Of a stretch of DNA of 64,000 bases, positions 38,229-50,696 are shown piece by piece. The stretch lies in the NCBI GenBank assembly GCA_002245135.1, contig NGBS01000293.1, positions 372,001 through 436,000 on the forward strand. Reading direction: 5' to 3'. The notes below the pieces were generated by a model that was given only the letters and a program-made list of their open reading frames with translations, searched no databases and was not told the DNA's origin. The first letter of the stretch is position 1; every line of letters begins with the position of its first letter. This DNA comes from Proteromonas lacertae (Eukaryota). The position numbers and the translations under genes were made by a program.

Positions 38229-41200
38229 TCACCATAATCTGATACTATGGTCAAAACTGCCACTTATCAGTGTCTTCAATATTGGATGATAAATTAAACT
38301 ACTAATTTTCTTTTCATGACCTTTCAAATTGTATAAAGCATTTCCATTGTTTATATTCCACATCTTAATTTCACCACTTTCACTTCCACTGTATAACTCA
38401 TAATTATAATTCAATAAACTACTAACAGCAGATTTGTGGCCTTTATATATCTTACATACTTTTATAGGGCTTTTACTTATGTTCCAATATCGAATTGTGG
38501 AATCATTATAACCAACAAATAAACTATCTAATTCATCATTCACATTTGATCTTCCATTATTATTATTTCCACCATTTGATGTACTTGTTGTATTATTAGC
38601 CGTTGTATTTGTTGTTGTTGATGATGATGATGATGGCGGTGGTGGTGATTTTATATATTGGAATGGTATTCCATTTATATTACATAATGCAAGTGAACTG
38701 ATCATCAATTTATTACTTGTCAATTTCAATGATCTTTCACATTGTCCATTCAAATTAAATATTCTACTTGTTCCATCTTTACTGCCACTTATATACTTCT
38801 TATGATAAATATCATTTTCAATTATTGTCACACTATTTTGGTGTTGTCTTAATATATGTTTTGTTTCATATTTTCGAATATCATATAATACACACAAGTT
38901 GTCTTTTCCTCCACTCATTATTGTGTTGTCGATTATTTTTATATCATTTATAGCATCATTATGTTCTTTAAATTCTTTAATTACACTTCGTTTTTGACGA
39001 GGATCTAATAGCCATAAACTGCCTTTGTTATCTCCACTACAAATTATGGAAATATTATTGAATGTAATATCATGACTTACGCATTTTAGACTAATTTCAT
39101 TACCACATTTCATCTGTTGCAAATTTACACATTTCTCTATATCCCACAAACGAACTACTCCATCATCATGACAAGTAATTATTCTTTTACTATTTAAATG
39201 ATATTTTATTCCATTTATTTCACTATCACTATGAATTCCTTTTAATAAAGTCAATCTGTTTCTATTACCTTCATTTATATCGTCATATTCGTTTATATTA
39301 CTGTGGTTTCTCATGTTTCTTTTCACTCGATTTGTATTGGCATTATTATTATTATTGTTGCTGTTAATTTGTATTATGGATATTTCACCACCAACACTTG
39401 AACTTATTAAAATTGGATTATTATTATTTGCATCTCCCCATAGCAAGTGAGTAATAGCATTTCCTGATGGAATTAATAGATTTTTTGATAATTTTATATG
39501 ATTTCTAATCAGCTTACCTCTAAAATGCGATTGTATTGCAACTGTTGCTGATAAATAACTACATGATGTTGAACTTTCATCATCATCATCATCTTCTTCT
39601 TCATTATCATCTTCTTCTTCACCTCCTGTTGTTGTTGTTTCAGTATCTGTATCATCAAGAATATGTTTTGATGTGATGGAAGTTCTTTCAATTGATTTTC
39701 TTTTACTTCTTTTACTCTTTCTTCGCTTATTATTGTTATTATTTTCATCATTAATTGATATTGGAGTTGAACCAATGATTGGAATTTCACTCATTTTTTC
39801 ATCAACAATATTCCTTATTGGACTACTTCTTAGTTTTGTAACTGCTGCTGCTGCTGTTGTTGTAGCTGATGATGATGATGATGAATCAGCATTTAAATGG
39901 TTTTTATTTCTTTGTGATGAATAACCTGATGGTAATGGAATATTTGAATCTTTGCCTCTATTCTTACATCGAGAATTTGATTTATTTCTCTATATATATT
40001 TATAATAAAATACATGTATTTATACTGTATTAGATGTATTAAAATTGGGTATTTTTGACTGTCCAATTTGAGGTAATAACCGTCCAGATTCTGTCCTTGT
40101 AATTGGATGATTGCTATTGGTCAATGGTAATTTTGTACTACTTCTATGTCCAGAACTTATATTATTCAATTTATTATTATTATTATTTGTATTATTACTA
40201 TTAGTAGCATGAATTGGAGTAGATAATTTACTGGAAAGAGTAGAAAAATCTTCACTTGTTATTAACACATTTACTGATTTACGAGGAGTTGGACCACTAC
40301 TTTTGACTGGTGATAATTTTGAATTATCTTGTTGTAGTAGTAGTTGTTGTTGTTGTCTCAATGATTGTCGCTGAGAAGGACGAGTTATTGGTGATTGTAA
40401 TATTTGACTTGTTAAATTATTCATATTCATAGAATCAGAATCATCCATTGTATTACCAATACTTGGGATTTTTAGATCTTGAGATAGTGATGATTCAACT
40501 ATATTAATAATAATAATAATAATATATAAATACGTTCATCTTTTTCTAAGGATGTATCTGGTATTAAATCATCGTCCATTATCATATGATTTTCATCATC
40601 TTCACCTAATTTTAAAACATATATAAATAATTATTATAAAAAATACTATCCGTTTCTTCTTGTGTAATTGGAGTCATTGAAGATCCTTGTAATTTCTGAA
40701 CTTTGGACAAAACCAACGGAATTATGGATGTTGCAGTTGGTGTAGTAGTTGTATCTTTATTAGAATTCCAAGTATTATCATTTCTATAATAATAATTATA
40801 TATAAAAATTATTTTATACAATAATTCTCTACCAGATGATGTTTGTGGTCTAACATTAGTTGTATCAATTGGTGGAAATAATGAAATGTTTTCTCTATAA
40901 CTATCTATCTTCGTCTTCGCAACAAATGGATGTAATAATAACGCAGTAACTGATGGTCTCTTTGATGGAATTCTTTCTAAACAAATCGTAATAAAATCCA
41001 AAGCATCAGCTGAAACAGTAGAAGGTAAATCTGGCAATTTTAATGCTTTATTACTTGCTATATTAAACATAGCTGCCATTGGTGAAGAAAATTGATGCCA
41101 AGGAGGTAAACCTGTTATCATTTCAATTACTGTACAACCTACACTCCAGATATCAGCCTTTAGCCAACCTTGTTCTTCACATTCACCTTTTATTACTTCA

Positions 41201-42239
41201 GGAGCCATCCACAGTGGTGTTCCTTGTAGTTTACTGGTGTTAGTTTTATTGGACATGAATTTCTTACTACATCCGAAATCAGATAGTTTGATTGTTCCAT
41301 CGTATGAAATTAGTAAATTTGCACCTTTGATATCTCTATGTGCAATACCATTTCGATGAATGTATTCTAAACCTAATAATAATTGTTTTGTATATCTATA
41401 TAATAATTTAAATTAAATTACATATATATATTTATACGATTTAATGATATCTCCTTCAATTACACCATATTTTTGTATTCTATTCTTAATTGAACCACCT
41501 GGAGCATATTCTAAAAACATATTAATAAAAGGAACTTCAATTTGAACACCATAATATTTGATAATATGTGGATGATCGAATTTCATTAAAATTGTAATTT
41601 CTCTTTCCAATGAAATCTATTCATTTATTAATAATAATAAAAATATATTCATTTCATACTCTTTGATGTTCATCCAAATCCGTTACATCCATCTGTTTAA
41701 CCGCCATCATTTTACCATTTGGTAAAGAAAATGCTAAATATACATTACCTGTTGCTCCTGTACCTAGTAATTCCGCTTTTTGCCACTTTATATGAATTGG
41801 CTTTGATTTATTTACATTCGCTGATGGAACTCGTGGAACTGGCCTTGGTAGATTTACACGTAAAGGATTCAGTTTTAATATGCCACTCTCCATTGGAGTT
41901 TGACTGCTTAGAATAGTGGCTACATGATTCGCTTGTTCTGTCTTGCTAACATAGACTTTTACTGTTCCACTGTTTAATCGGATTAAATCTTTGAAATCAT
42001 TTTCAGATTCTAATGTAATTAAGTCACCATCAGCGTCTGAATATTTTAAACTGACAGGAAAACCATAATCTGAAATTAGCCTGTCTTTTAGTAATTTCAT
42101 ATTCCATGTAGAATCAACTAAAACAATCCTGTAACTATCTTCAAATTTACATTTCAATCTAAATGTTTATATGAATAATTAAGTACTTTAATGTTTTTGA
42201 AGGTTCTATATTACTAAAATCGGTAGATGATTCAGCCAT
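38229..42239 (-). CDS. MAP3K (STE11/MEKK-like) with N-terminal PB1, IQ motif and C-terminal WD40 repeats
   Basis: PB1 LKYSDADGDLITL. Kinase GTGATG, MAVKQ, HRDIKGAN, DFG, GTPLWMAPE. IQ AIQSHFRGKLIR. WD40 GHKSAV and SGSFDHSIRLW. ORFs link through GT-AG introns. Confidence 0.85.
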
Positions 42240-42314
42240 TTTTCTTTATACTATTTTACAGATTTTTAAAGCTTCATATAAAGACTGATAAATAAATCTA
42301 AAAATGAATACGGT

Positions 42315-43916
42315 ATGATCAGATCTAATAATTTACAGTTTGAAGGCTTGATGAATATATTTCGTTTTTCTCATCATGTGAATAGATTTTTATCATTTAG
42401 ATATTTCAACGCATCAAAATTCATACTATTCAGATCATTTGCATCAAAACCAAAACTAAAACTTCCTTCATTACCAAATCAACAAATTAAATCAAATTTT
42501 TATACTAGAAAAGGTAAAATCAATAATTCTCGAGATTTATATTCCTATTCAATCCTATCTGCATATCAAACTGATGATTATCAATTTGTGAAAGACATAT
42601 CTCTGTCGTTCAAAACAGACAATGTACCATTAAATTCAAAATGTCTGGATTTACTTATTTCAATGCTCATCCAAGATAAAAAGTTTTCATTTGCAGAAGA
42701 TGTAGTTAATCATCAAATAGAGATAAAAGGACCGCTTACAGTATCAGCACTCACTCATCATTTTCATTATCTTTATAAATATGAAAAGAATTACAATTTG
42801 GTAATAAAAGATTTCAAATATTTTATGAAATTCAATTTATCATTATTATCACCTTTTTTAATCACCTATTTAGAGAATTCATGTAAAATATTAAATGATA
42901 ATAAATCTTTATTATATATTAGTGATTATTTATTTGACCATAAAGAAGAATTTCCATTTTTCAAATCGTTTATTCCATTCATATTAAACATGTACTACAC
43001 CTCCACAGCAACAACAACTCAAAACTTTAAAGATAATGATAAAGAAACTAAAGGTAATGATATAATACAACGGGAAAATGAATTATATTATTTAATAGAT
43101 TATATATTACCTTTATTATCAGAAATTTCTATATCAGACCCAATATTATTAAAAATGATTTTATCTTCACTTTTTGAAATAACAATTTATAATGATAAAT
43201 ATTATCAAAAGGTATGTGAAACAATTCAAAATCTGCAAATTGTAATAATTGATGATTCATGTTTGAATAAAGTATACGAGAAATTGATAAATAGAAAAGA
43301 TTATAAAACATTAATAAACTCATACAATCTGTTAAAACAATATAACAATCGTCCACCATCCATATATAACGAATCACTTTATTATTACTTGAGAGCTTGT
43401 GAGAATTTAGAATTATATGATGAAATATATTTAATTCACAAAAGATCTTTTCATTCAAATTATATTCCATTACATTTAAAAGTAGCTAGAATATACCATC
43501 AACAAAAAAGAATAGTTCAATCTTCTATTCATTATGATTTATTGTTACAAATGCCAGATTTTCAGTATTATAAAGATATTAAAAGTAATGATATAATAAG
43601 TGCGCTTGAAGTGTATGCAGAAAAGAATGATTTTCAACATTTCGATGAGGTTGTTAATTTGATTTTTAAGAATTTTAAATTTTTGAAAATTGATAGTGAG
43701 GTGATGGTTAAAAGTATGATATTATTATCACAAAGCTTTTATGATGAAAAATCAATGTTTGAGTTAAGGCATAGATATAACAGTGCTTTATGTAAGAATA
43801 GTAGTAATAGTAGTAATAGTATGATAAGCTACGGTTTGCTTGAAGATTTGTTTAGAAAGAATCAAAAAAATGAAATTATGTGGGTATTAAAGTGGTTGAA
43901 ATCTGAAATTAAATAA
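42315..43916 (+). CDS. Intronless helical-repeat (PPR-like) protein with a probable mitochondrial/MRO presequence
   Basis: 533 aa ORF. Basic, acid-poor N-terminus ending FRSFASKPK. Helical-repeat-like segments. Family call is weak. Confidence 0.55.
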   Translation: MIRSNNLQFEGLMNIFRFSHHVNRFLSFRYFNASKFILFRSFASKPKLKLPSLPNQQIKSNFYTRKGKINNSRDLYSYSILSAYQTDDYQFVKDISLSFKTDNVPLNSKCLDLLISMLIQDKKFSFAEDVVNHQIEIKGPLTVSALTHHFHYLYKYEKNYNLVIKDFKYFMKFNLSLLSPFLITYLENSCKILNDNKSLLYISDYLFDHKEEFPFFKSFIPFILNMYYTSTATTTQNFKDNDKETKGNDIIQRENELYYLIDYILPLLSEISISDPILLKMILSSLFEITIYNDKYYQKVCETIQNLQIVIIDDSCLNKVYEKLINRKDYKTLINSYNLLKQYNNRPPSIYNESLYYYLRACENLELYDEIYLIHKRSFHSNYIPLHLKVARIYHQQKRIVQSSIHYDLLLQMPDFQYYKDIKSNDIISALEVYAEKNDFQHFDEVVNLIFKNFKFLKIDSEVMVKSMILLSQSFYDEKSMFELRHRYNSALCKNSSNSSNSMISYGLLEDLFRKNQKNEIMWVLKWLKSEIK

Positions 43917-43999
43917 ATATTCGTTTTTGTTTTGTTTTTATGATGATTTATTCTACTAATTCATTATAAAATAGCGTTAGAAAATACAAAAATACAAAC

Positions 44000-45656
44000 A
44001 TGAATTTTTTAAAATTTCTGTTATTTTTTATAATTGCTGTGGAAGGCTCTGTCCACATCTGCCAAAATGATCAATCCAAGGTAGATGTGAAAACAGTACC
44101 ACTTAGCAGAGCTAAAAGCTCAAAAGCTACAGGTGATTCTTTTCAGCCAATTAGGTTTGGTAAGTATGTTTTTGCTATGCCTAGTGTTACACAAGATAAA
44201 AAGGTAATATTGGACAGATTATTTGATGAAACTATCCAATGGATGTCTTCATACTTAAAGGTTATACCTAATACTTCTCCAATCAAGCTGTCTGTCTCAA
44301 GTACTTATTTGGATAATCATGAACCACCTGCTGAACACAGAAGTATAATAATCTCAATTTTATTGAATTATAGATCCTGGTATATCAGATATTGATTTTT
44401 TGCTTTACTTTATTGAAGCTGATTGTAGTTCAATTGCGAATGCTCAATATTTACAAGCTGATACAAATGGTCAGCCGTATATTGGATTGGTACGTGTTTG
44501 CAAGAATTTAATTGATGTATCCAATGAACTTTACTACAAAACTGTATTACTTCATGAAATAACCCATGCCCTTGGTTTTTCAAATACTGTATTTAAAAAT
44601 ATGAAAGATGCAAGCAACAATAATTATTTAAAAACAAAAACTACAAGTGATGGTATAAATAGAAGCATTTTAACCACTCCAAAAGTAACATCCTTTATAA
44701 GAAAACATTTCGAATGTGATACAATTGAAGGTGCTTATTTAGAGAATGATGGTGGTTCAGGCACAGCAGGTAGTCATTGGGAATCAACATCTTATAATTA
44801 CGAACTTATGACAGGTTGGATCAGTAGTACAAAAATCAACATTTTAACAAACATGACATTGAATTGGTTAGAGGATACAAACTGGTATAAAGTAAACTAT
44901 ACCTATGCAAATACATGGATGTTTGGATATAAGAAAGGATGTGAAATGGCAGAGTTACAATGTAGTAAAACTGTTGATAATAAAGTCATACCGAATGGTG
45001 ATTATTGTGAAATAAAGAAAGATGATCAAAATCATGATTTGTCAGTTTGTACAATTGATTATGAAGCTGTTGGACATTGTACGCAAGCTACAGGTAATGA
45101 TTGTCCTTTAGTCGCACCTTGGTCTAATAGATTGTGCAAAGACGAATCCAATAATAATGGTCAAGGTAATAATTTAGTATTTGGTATTGAATATAGTCCT
45201 ACATCTTATTGTCACAATAATTTCTTAATTTTGAATAGATATGTTGAACAAAAAGAAATGGCATACTCTTGTTTTAGAACGAAATGTAATAGTGATAATA
45301 CTTATTCATTAGTTTTATGTAATAATGAAAATGGTTGTATAAGTGAAGATGATTATGTAAAAGTGAAATGTAGTAGAAAAGGTGAAGTAGTTAAAGTTAA
45401 TGGATTTAAAGGTAATGTAACTTGTAATGATCCTTCTATTATATGTGGTGGTAAAATTATTCCTGATGGTGATGATAATGATGACGATGATGATTATACA
45501 GGAACTGATGAGAATGGAGGTGATGATGGTGTAGTTACTAAAAAACCAACAAATATACCTAAACCTATAACTCCTACAGCTGAATTAGATGATAGAAGTA
45601 GTAATTATGTAGTTTGTGTTGTTCTGTTGTTATTTATAGTTGCTATTATCATGTAG
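44000..45656 (+). CDS. Leishmanolysin/GP63 (peptidase M8) zinc metalloprotease, secreted and probably GPI-anchored
   Basis: Signal peptide, HEITHALGF, LENDGGSGTAGSHWE, ELMTG, Cys-rich C-terminal half and hydrophobic tail. One intron near 44343-44373. Confidence 0.92.
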
Positions 45657-45814
45657 AGAGAAAGTGAAGAAAACAATAAATAATTTCATAACATTATGTT
45701 ATTGTGTTTAATTAGAAGTATGTGTTGTTGTTGTTGTTTTAATTATAAACAATACACTCATATGCATATAGAAATAATGTACATAATATAACAGTCTATT
45801 AAAATATAACTAAT

Positions 45815-46499
45815 TCAACAACAATCTTCAGAATACATATCACCACATTCATCTCCTATTCCCAATACAGCACCGCATCTATTACATTTGTGAACTCTAT
45901 TGAAAAAAAAATAAAATAAAAAATAAAAGAAATACGGTCTTTGGAACTGTGGTATACATAACAATATAAATGCAAAACAAGCTATTATGAAGCAGAATAT
46001 AATTGTAAATATAATTCTATCTTTGATATAAATATTCAAAATATACAATATAGGTCCAATTTGATGTTCTACTCTTGTTGGTCCAGTGTAATGACAAAAT
46101 GGACATTCAACCATAAGTGGTCTATGTAATTAAAAATCAAAAAAAAATACATATTCTCAAATCTAGGAGGAGCCATAGTAGCTACAGGTATAGGTTGTTG
46201 TGGCATAGGCGCACCTGGTTGTACAGTTACATATTGTCCTTGTACATACTGTGGTTGACCATTCTGAACAGGAATTGTCGAAATAGGCATTTGATTATTT
46301 TGAGCGATAAAACCTTGTGGTTGGGTGTATCCATTCACATTTGGCTGTTGTTGTTGTTGTGGATAAGGCTGTAAATTGACTGCTTGAACAGGATTTACAT
46401 ACTCTGGACTAACAGGGATTCCTTGTTGCTGATATAATGGACCAGCTTGTTTTTCATCTATTAAATATATAATCTTTTGATACAATTAGGGTTGGACAT
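45815..46499 (-). CDS. LITAF-domain protein 1
   Basis: Q/P-rich N-terminus, CPFC, hydrophobic stretch, HKCNRC. Four introns. Confidence 0.85.
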
Positions 46500-47879
46500 G
46501 AAAAAAATGTTTTAAAAAATTGTAATAAACACGGTAAGAATTTTTTAAGTGTTTTTTTTGACTTTAAAATGATTTTTCTCGATAACCATAAAGAATTAAA
46601 TAATAAAAAATTTCAGTAATATGCGTTATACATAGTACTTTACTATAGCATCATTAGTTTTGAAATTACCTCATGTAGGTAATTTGTTTCTTTTTCAATA
46701 ATATTAAACATATTGATAAATATACCCATAAATAATGCAACTGTAAAATCTTATAGTTTAATTCTTTTTGTAGAGTGAGAAAACGAGGGTTAAAGTAGGT
46801 AAAATCAGAAAACCAACCCCTGAACTTTTTATCAAATTGGCTTTAATGTCCCTGGTTTTTCTGAAATAGGAAATGAAATGAAATGAAACATGGTTTAGAT
46901 TTGTTTAATTTTTGTAGATTAAAGTTTGATGTATGTCTTGGTAAGAATAAGCGTGGTTTATTTTTCGCATGTAATCTTATGTAATTAGTGATTTCATGTG
47001 CTTATTCAAACAATTTTGTATAACTGAGTAATAAAATAGTGTTATTTTAAGCTAAATCCCTCTAATTAGAGAGATACAATCAATTCTTTTATATTCAGCT
47101 TATATAGCTGCATACCATTAGCATCGTGAGAATAAACACAATTAGACATATAAATAAATACAATTTATCTAAAATATGAAAATTAATTAATCTTTACTAA
47201 AATAAATCCATTTTACCTATATAATAATAATAATAATATACATTTTATATAGATAATACAACTATAATCCTCCAATCCTAATCAATTACATAATTTAATT
47301 AAAGTATACTTCTAGTTAATATCATAATCGTTCACTTTGGACCTACATGTATTCCATAATACGTAAATAATACCAAGATTAGTTTTCAAAACGCCTTGAA
47401 TACCAATTGCTACACTTATATTGACTGACTAAAGCTTTTATCTTTTCAATAGTCTTAGCTGTTGGATTTAAAAAAGCTAAATACATTTTTAAAATTAAAA
47501 ATTAGATCATTGGCTTGATCTTTTCTCAAACAAAAGTTAGATTTTATTTTTAAAACAAATATATTGGCTAAATGTATAAGACCTCTAACTTTTCTCAAGT
47601 TTTTAAAATAAATAAGATCATTAATATTTTGATAGTTGAAAACGGCTGTATAGATTATAGCAGATTTGTTGACAAGTTTGGTACTATCAAAGAAATAACA
47701 GACTTTAATTCTATAGATGAAATGATTAATCTGTACAAAGATAGAGATATATATTTCCTTACGAATAGCAGTTATTTTGTTTTAATGCTTTTACATTATC
47801 ACGTTTTTATCATAGATAGTGAATTAAATATTATTTCTACTTCCTTAATTCATTCTCTAATTTTTCAACTCACTTATTA

Positions 47880-48545
47880 AACCCCTACTACATTCAGTTT
47901 TTGACCATTATAACATCCAATCTCTATACCATTATATTTATTTATATATTCTAACACTTTTTCACTTTCTAAAAATATAGCTAATATTCCTCCTTTATTA
48001 TGTTCTCAACTATTCATCAATTTACCTCTTGTTGCTATTAATTTCAATCCATCTTCTAAACTCATTATTCCACTTACGTCTCCAGCTACATATTCACCTA
48101 TACTATGAATACACACGAGTCTTCCATTACTTAACCACATCTTATATAAACTATATTCGATACTGAATAAACAGGGTTGAGTGTATAGTTCTCTAATATA
48201 ACATAGGCATTTGTTCCACTAAATCCAAATGAACTTACACCAATACCAATACAATATTTATTATCTGGTAATGGTAATGGTAAATGTTTTGTTGGAATAG
48301 CTATCTTTAAATCATTCAAGTTGAAGTGATGATTTTCTTATTCTCTAACATAAATATTGATTTAATCAAACTTGCAATACCTGAAGCTGATTCTAAATGT
48401 GCAATATTTGTCTTTACAACCCCAACATATAATGGACTATTATTGTGAAATGATTTGAGATTCAATATAACTTATATCACTTTCTGTTGGGCTAGGCCAT
48501 TTGGAGCAGTTAAGCCACTATTTCGACCATCTTAATTAATAATAT
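47880..48545 (-). pseudogene. Degraded type I polyketide synthase (KS and AT domain remnants)
   Basis: [63 protein letters not shown] and HSIGEYVAGDVSGIMSLEDGLKLIATRGKLM, with stops, frameshifts and deletions. Confidence 0.88.
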
Positions 48546-49719
48546 GCCATCTTTTGTATTGTTGGATAATCATATGGAATTGTGAAAAAAACACTATATT
48601 GGATAATTCTGATACAATATATATTTCCATATATTCAAAATACTACACCAATCTATATTATGCTTAACACCTAAATATATTACCATAAGGTTTATTTACT
48701 AACATTTACTAGTTATGTTTATAAATAATTGATTCGTTGTAAATCCACTTGTTATTATTACATTTGTGGATTAAATGTTAAGAAACATATGCAACTGTCG
48801 AAATCCACTATCTACATCCATCACATATCTTCTTATTTCTATTGTAAAACCTCCAAATACTCTATCTTCACACCAAGCTATTTGACCTATTATTATGATA
48901 GAAAATAAAAGTATAGCCATCATCATCTTTTTTAGGTAATTATGACATTACCAAATACATTTGTCTTTTGTATCACTTTTTCATTTTTTATTTATCCAAT
49001 TATCTTCTTGTGTATATTATAATTAGAATAAAATTTTTTATATATCAATTTTAGAAGACTTTTTTACTTACAATTGCTTATGTTGAAGAGTTTTAATCAC
49101 TATTTTTTTTCAATTTTATAATTATTATGATTATAACATTATTTAGCCTATATTCATGAATTTAAGGATTAAATATGCATATTGCTGTGAATAAGATTTA
49201 TTTACTTTCAGCATTCTAATGTACTTTTTGTACGTGATGGTTACATGTTAGTTTGTTGTGTGATGTACCATATTTTGCATATTTTGTATGGCTGCATATA
49301 ATTAGTAACATTAAACTATTAAGATAGTGCATTTGAAAATAAGACTTAGTTCGAAGAACATATAATGGTTTTAAGTATGTATTACTTCTGAATATGTACA
49401 TATGTTATGGAATATATAGTTTAATTGTCTATATCATCTAAATTATAAATGCATCAATAATTTATTTTTGATTTATATAGCAAAATACAAACTATAACAT
49501 GAACTTAATACTTACACAAAATATTAACTTTTGATTCAAACTCTATCATAACAAAAAAATGAAAAGAAAAAGGTGTTAAATTAAAAAAGTTTCAAGCCAG
49601 TTTGAGTGAAGTATGTAAGTCCTATTTAAATTCGAGTCAAACATTCTTATCGTGAATCGACAATTTGACAGGTAATTTACATCCTTTGTGTTTATTTTTT
49701 GTTTCGTCAATTATTCTCC

Positions 49720-50161
49720 ATGACAACAACTTGTATAATGGTTTTTATTGTCTAGATGCAGCTGGTCCAGTTATGGCAGCACCTACAGCAATAGTTCCTG
49801 CTGTTCCAACAACTGCTATTCAACCAGAGAGTAATATTCACTTCGGCAATTCGTACTTAACGATTCAACTCATGTTTTAGACCAGTTACAATGATTTGTC
49901 CTAATTGTAACAGAGAAATTACTACCAGAGTAAGATATAAGGCAGGTCCTTTATTGTATAGCCTTATTACCATTTTATATTATGCGCATAGGATTATTAT
50001 AGTCATTGTATTATTTTTGTCTTAACGATCTTCTCATTGTTGTTTTTATGTTGTGATGCTTTTAAGAGACCGTATATTCATTATATTGTCAACTACTCTA
50101 TAGTGTTCATTACTGTCCACATTGTGGAACAAAATTGGGAAGAGGGCATGAATGTAGTTAA
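49720..50161 (+). CDS. LITAF-domain protein 2 (one apparent -1 frameshift in a T homopolymer near 50015)
   Basis: MTTTY|..PVTMICPNCNREITTRVRYKAGPLL|..CCDAFKRP|VHYCPHCGTKLGRGHECS*. Same intron positions as LITAF 1. Confidence 0.8.
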
Positions 50162-50244
50162 GTTAATTAAATTAATGAATTTATTATAATAATATCACTT
50201 TGTACAAGAATAAAATAATTGTAAAAGACATATTAATTTACATG

Positions 50245-50601
50245 TTAATGTGAATTGAACTTCTTTAATTCTTCAATATCACTTGATACGCTACTGTACT
50301 TGAGTAATGCATTTAGTTTAAATTCATGAATAATTGACAATAACATTTCTGTAGAATCCATCTAATAATAATAAAGGAATAGAATAATACTATAGAGTTT
50401 ACAGTTGATGTGCATTGCAGTGATTCATTGGAATTTAATTCTTTCTGTGGATTTATCTATTATATTTTAGATATAAATGATGATTTATTATACTTGAGAT
50501 ATTTCTAGTAATCTTAAATAGTCTGAACTTATTTTATTTTTAATTGATTTTATCTGTGCTTTTAAATCTTCTTTTCTGATATTTATATTTGGATCATTCA
50601 T
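50245..50601 (-). CDS. Small three-exon helical protein, Mediator subunit Med22-like (missed by the ORF track)
   Basis: MNDPNINIRKEDLKAQIKSIKNKISSDYLRLLEISQ|INPQKELNSNESLQCTSTVNSI|MDSTEMLLSIIHEFKLNALLKY. Splices cleanly; family call by eye. Confidence 0.55.
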
Positions 50602-50696
50602 TGATTTATTGAGAAAAATATGAACTGACCAAATGTGACATGTAATTTAGTAAATTAATTTAGATTCGTTTATTATTTGAATTTGAATTTTTGAAT

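Noticed and set aside
47572..47880. 102-aa plus-strand ORF
   Set aside because: It lies antisense within the decayed PKS region and has no recognisable features.
46780..49640. Possible terminal inverted repeats flanking the PKS relic (TCAAATTGGCTTTAA at about 46832 vs the reverse complement of about 49591-49606)
   Set aside because: It is only a 13/15 match in AT-rich DNA, with no convincing extension or target-site duplication.
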